From Trichodelitschia bisporula (lineage: Eukaryota): a DNA stretch of 64,000 bases. Positions 59,883 to 64,000 of this stretch are shown here, in pieces; within the stretch, counting starts at the first letter, position 1; every line of letters begins with the position of its first letter. The notes below the pieces were generated by a model, which worked only from the letters and a program-made list of their open reading frames with translations, did no database searches and was not told the origin of the DNA. The stretch is from assembly GCA_010356995.1 (NCBI GenBank), contig ML996689.1, positions 1,568,691 through 1,632,690 of the forward strand, read 5' to 3'. The translations under genes were made by a program, and so were the position numbers.

Positions 59883-62116
59883 CTACTCAGCAAAGCTCCT
59901 CCCCTCAACCGCGGCACCCACAACTCCATCACCGGTAACAACCCCCGTCGTACAAACCAACAACCGTCTTCCCCTCCCCTCCTCCGCCAACCCCTTAGCC
60001 ACGAACCTCAACGCCGCGATCTCGGCCCTACACACGCCCCCCAGGAAAAACACCACCACCGTCCTGCCCCCCTCCCCCCCGGACCCATTCAGCATCTGCC
60101 GCGCCTTAACCGCCTTCTCCTCCCCAGCCTGCACCTCCTCCACCGTCGCCCCCCTCACCAACTTAACCACCTCCTCAAACCCCCGCCACCCGGTTCCAGC
60201 AGACCCAACCGCGTGCCCGGCGCCGCTCCGCCGCGCCCCAAGCGAGCCCATATATCCCTTCTGCACGACACATTGTACGAGCCGCACGCTCAGCGGCGCA
60301 TACCCGCTGAACACGTACGCGACATCATCTGGCTCGCTCTCATTCACCTCGTCGACAATCAGATGCAGCGCCTTGCGCGCAGACGTGTAGTTCGTAACCT
60401 TGCCCGTGGGTACCGGACCTCCGACACCAACCAGCCCGCCGCCCTGCCGCGCGGTGATAAGGCCCATTTTCTCAAGCGCGGACAGCGTGAGTAAATGCTG
60501 ATGCCCGTAAGCGAGGAGCACGGAGCGGCGGAAGGCATCGAAGTCGCGCGGGCGGAGGCCGTTCGAGAACGTCGAATTCACGGCCAGGAGGCGCAGGATG
60601 GTGGGTAGCGGTGTCCCCTGCGCCATCAAGTCCTCAACAGTCTGGTGCTGGGCGCCTGGGTCTGCGCCCGCGGCAATGTTCTGCTGGACCTCGAGGGTGC
60701 GGGTGAAGGCATCTGTGCTCGTGCGCTTTATGATGTCCTCGGCCAGATTAGTGTGCAGCTTGAGACTGGCCTGCTCGGACTGGTAGCCTGGCAGGCGGGA
60801 GACGAAGGCGCGCAGGTCGGCGGTTGTTTTGGCGGTGGTGCGGGATTCGAGGGTGGATTGTAGGCGGCGTGCGGTTTTGTTGAGGAGTGGGCCGACGACG
60901 GCGCAGTTTGCGTCGCGGAGCGTGGTGTAGAGGGTGTCTGTGCCGTCGAGGGGGATTTTACGCTTTAGGCTGGAGGGGGTGGTGGAGGAAGACGGGGCAG
61001 CGGAGGAGGTGGGGGCGGGGCCGACGATGGTGGCGTCGATTTCGGCGTGGTTGGAGGATATGCCGAAGAATTCGTCGATTAGGCCCTCGTAGGTGAGCTG
61101 GGTGAGGAGGACGGTGGGGAAGTCGACTTCACGGTCGATAATGATGAGGCTTTCGATGGATTGGCTGGGGGCCAGGTCGAGGGTGCTGCCGCTGCCGTCG
61201 GTTTGCTCGCCGGCGGTGAGTTCGGAGCGCATGCGGATGAGGAGGTCGGCGAGGCGTTTGGCATTGTCGCCTTTGCCGATTATGCGTGGGAAGAGGCCGT
61301 GTTTTTGTTGCATTAGCATGAGGGCTTTGGCCGAGAGGAAGATGGGGGTCGGGTCTTTGCGCTGGTGCGGCTTAGCAGTGGTCCATCTCCGAGTACTTGA
61401 ACCTACGAGGTAGAGATCGCCAAAGGCATCGTCGAGCTCCAGTGAGAGGAGGTCGTCGGCCAGTGGCATGAAGAACAGGGGATACTCGTGCACGTTGACC
61501 TCGCCCAGCACTCCAGCCTCCTCAAGGAGCTGGTCTGAGATGAGGGTACGGCGCGGCACCCAGATGACGTTGAATTCGTGATCGACCTGGCTATTTTGAC
61601 GGAGCTTCTTGATCTGCTCTGGGAGATGTTAGCACCTATAATAACCACCGCCTGTCGAAGCGGAGGCGGTTGAAGTAGAACCGTGGTGACTTGATGTTTG
61701 ATTTTGGGATTGACTTGGTCAGGCAGAGTGGGGATATGTCTGCTTGACCTCTTTTCCTCCCGCATTACTAAAAGGAGGCTTGAAACTCACCAGCTACCGC
61801 CGTAACAACATGCGGCTTCTCACCCCTGGCAAGAAACACTACATTCCGCAGCGAAGCATCGGCATTCGCATTCTCGAGAAAGAACACGCGATCCACGCCA
61901 TACTCCTGCAGCGTCGAAAACTTGACGAACAGGCCGAGGGGGCCAGCCAGGCTCTTCTCTATCACGAGGTTCTTCTTGCCTCTGACCTACGGGCGTCAGT
62001 ATCCGATTTCGCCCGAAAGAAGGGATAAAAGACCATACACTTTCGAGAAGCTGAAGCAGCTCCCGCCGCGCCTTCTCGCCGACTTCGGTCGTGCTCAACG
62101 GGGTATGCGGCGCCAT
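59883..62116 (-). CDS. VPS33: Sec1/Munc18-family HOPS/CORVET subunit Vps33
   Basis: ARRELLQLLES/VRGKKNL, FSTLQEYGV, WVPRRTL, LIIIDREVD, TQLTYEGLIDE, YVFSGYAPLSVRL and FFLGG..AEIAALRF; three introns. Confidence 0.95.
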
Positions 62117-62428
62117 TTGCAGCTCGTTGTCGTTGCTGTGCTACATCTGCTTGGGCATCGGGACTCGAGCAGGAGTTGGCGTCACCGAATCATGGGCCGT
62201 AATCGGAGGAGCTGCTATCCGAAGAGCTTCTACGGTACTCTTTTCAACTCAAGCTTAATTTGATGTAGTCGACAGTATCAAATCCCAATGGTCGTCACCT
62301 TAACTCCAAGCCACGCCCGTGATGTCGCGCACCTCGCGCCACATGGCCCGTGCGCATCCAAGCTTCAACCTCAACTTCGCCATCACGAACTCCATCTCCA
62401 ACCCCTCCACGCTCAATTCGTCCTCACC

Positions 62429-63888
62429 ATGCCTCCCCGCCCCCAATGGCGGCCCAAAAGGCCCATATTCCTCCGAACGCCCTGCCCCCGGCACCTCCGC
62501 TTCACCTCCACCACCACCGGCGCGCCAGAACTCTTCGACGTAGTCTGCGTCGGCGGCGGCCCGGCAGGCCTGAGCCTGCTGGCTGGACTCCGTAGGCCCT
62601 CCCCCTCCAAATAAAACCACCTACCTAACCCCCAGGCTCCAACCCTTCAACATCCCACCTCAAACTCGCCCTCATCGAAGCCCAGGACATAACGCAGCCC
62701 CCCCGCCCCGTCGCACCCGGAAGTTACTCAAACCGCTGCTCCTCCCTAACCCCCTCCTCCGCCGCCTACCTCCAGCGCATCGGCGCCTGGTCGCAGCTCG
62801 ACCGCTCGCGAGTCCAACCTTACACCCACATGCGCGTCTGGGACGGTCTCTCCAGCGCCGCCATCACCTTCGACCCCCCCAGCACCTCCCCCATCGCATA
62901 CATGGTCGAGAACACAAATCTCACAACCGCCCTATCCTCCCTCATCACCTCTTTGGGCGGAGTACACACCTTCAGCCCCGCGCGCGTCTCCCATATCGGC
63001 CACGGGCCCACAACCCCCACCCACGACCTCTCCTCCTGGCCCACCCTCTCCCTCTCCACAGGCGCGACATTATCCGCCCGTCTCCTCATCGGCGCAGACG
63101 GCGCGGCCTCCCCGGTGCGCTCGTACGCAGGGATACCGAGTCGGGGGTGGGACTACGGGCGCGTCGGGGTCGTGGCCTCGCTGCGCCTGTCTAGCGACAG
63201 CGCACCCAAGACCGCGTTCCAGCGCTTTCTCACCACGGGGCCCGTGGCGCTGCTCCCGCTTCCCGGGCCGTATGCTACGCTCGTGTGGAGCACGACACCT
63301 GAGCGTGCCGCGCGGCTGCGGGGGCTGAGTGGGGAGGATTTTGGCGCGTGCGTGGATGCGGCGTTTAGGCTTGGTATGGTTGATATCGACTATCTCCATA
63401 CCATGTCAAGGGGGCAGGTGGAGGAGGTGGCGTGGCGAAAGAAGCACACTGCTTACAGCGAGGCCGATATGCCAGCGAGTGTGGAAGCGGTGCAAGACGG
63501 AAGCGTAGCCGCCTTCCCTCTGAAAATGCGCCACGCAGACACGTACATATCCAACCGGCTCGCGCTCGTCGGCGACGCGGCGCACACAGTACATCCACTC
63601 GCAGGCCAGGGACTGAATCTAGGCCAAGCAGATGTAGCGGCGCTTGTCGACGTGATCAGCGACGCCGTGAGCACGGGCGGGGATATAGGGAGCACGTTGG
63701 TGTTGGAAGAGTATGTTGCTAGGCGATGGGGCGCGAACCATGCCATGCTCGGCGTGTGTGATAAGTTGCATAAGCTGTATAGCGCGGAATGGGGACCGTT
63801 GGTGGGGTTGAGGAGTCTTGGGCTTAGGGCGGTGGATAAGTTGGGCCCTGTGAAGGGGTTTTTGATGAGGCAGGCGGCGGGGATGTAA
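62429..63888 (+). CDS. COQ6: Ubiquinone biosynthesis FAD monooxygenase Coq6
   Basis: Presequence, DVVCVGGGPAG, LLIGADG, FQRFL, LVWS and ALVGDAAHTVHPLAGQGLNLG; intron ~62592-62635. Confidence 0.95.
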
Positions 63889-64000
63889 GAAATGCAATGA
63901 GATGTAACGGTGCGGAATGGCGTACGAAAATGTAGACAGAAGAGGATATGATTCCGCCCGCCTGTCCACCAGGCGTAGCTGATTTTGCCTGTCCGGCATC

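Overview
This is intron-rich, GC-rich DNA from a filamentous ascomycete (Pezizomycotina-type GT..CTRAC..YAG introns, mostly 40-70 nt). It is a draft assembly with two N gaps and a 95-nt poly-C run. A conserved gene backbone runs through the window: MFS drug:H+ antiporter, Dal81/TamA-like Zn2Cys6 factor, P450, LaeA-like methyltransferase, DUS2, JMJD5-like JmjC protein, CFT1, AIM24-family protein, eIF2-beta, MIM2, Aro8-like aminotransferase, OST2, TMEM14, CaM kinase, Rsc4-like bromodomain protein, VPS33 and COQ6. Three accessory islands interrupt it. At 22-24.5 kb is a spliced gene joining three C2H2 fingers, a 16-aa tandem repeat and a 4-TM tail. At 39.6-47.3 kb is a tandem array of three diverged CCCH zinc-finger paralogs with shared intron positions. 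At 55.4-59.6 kb are small orphan genes carrying in-frame stop codons without frameshifts, either pseudogenes or recoding/editing targets. Other notable items are a 180-bp TA-flanked MITE, a degenerate direct repeat with a 27-bp micro-inversion around the DUS2/JmjC pair, and a CCGGGTAA cluster just after a stop codon. All gene models and family calls were read by eye from motifs and splice signals; no database search was run.
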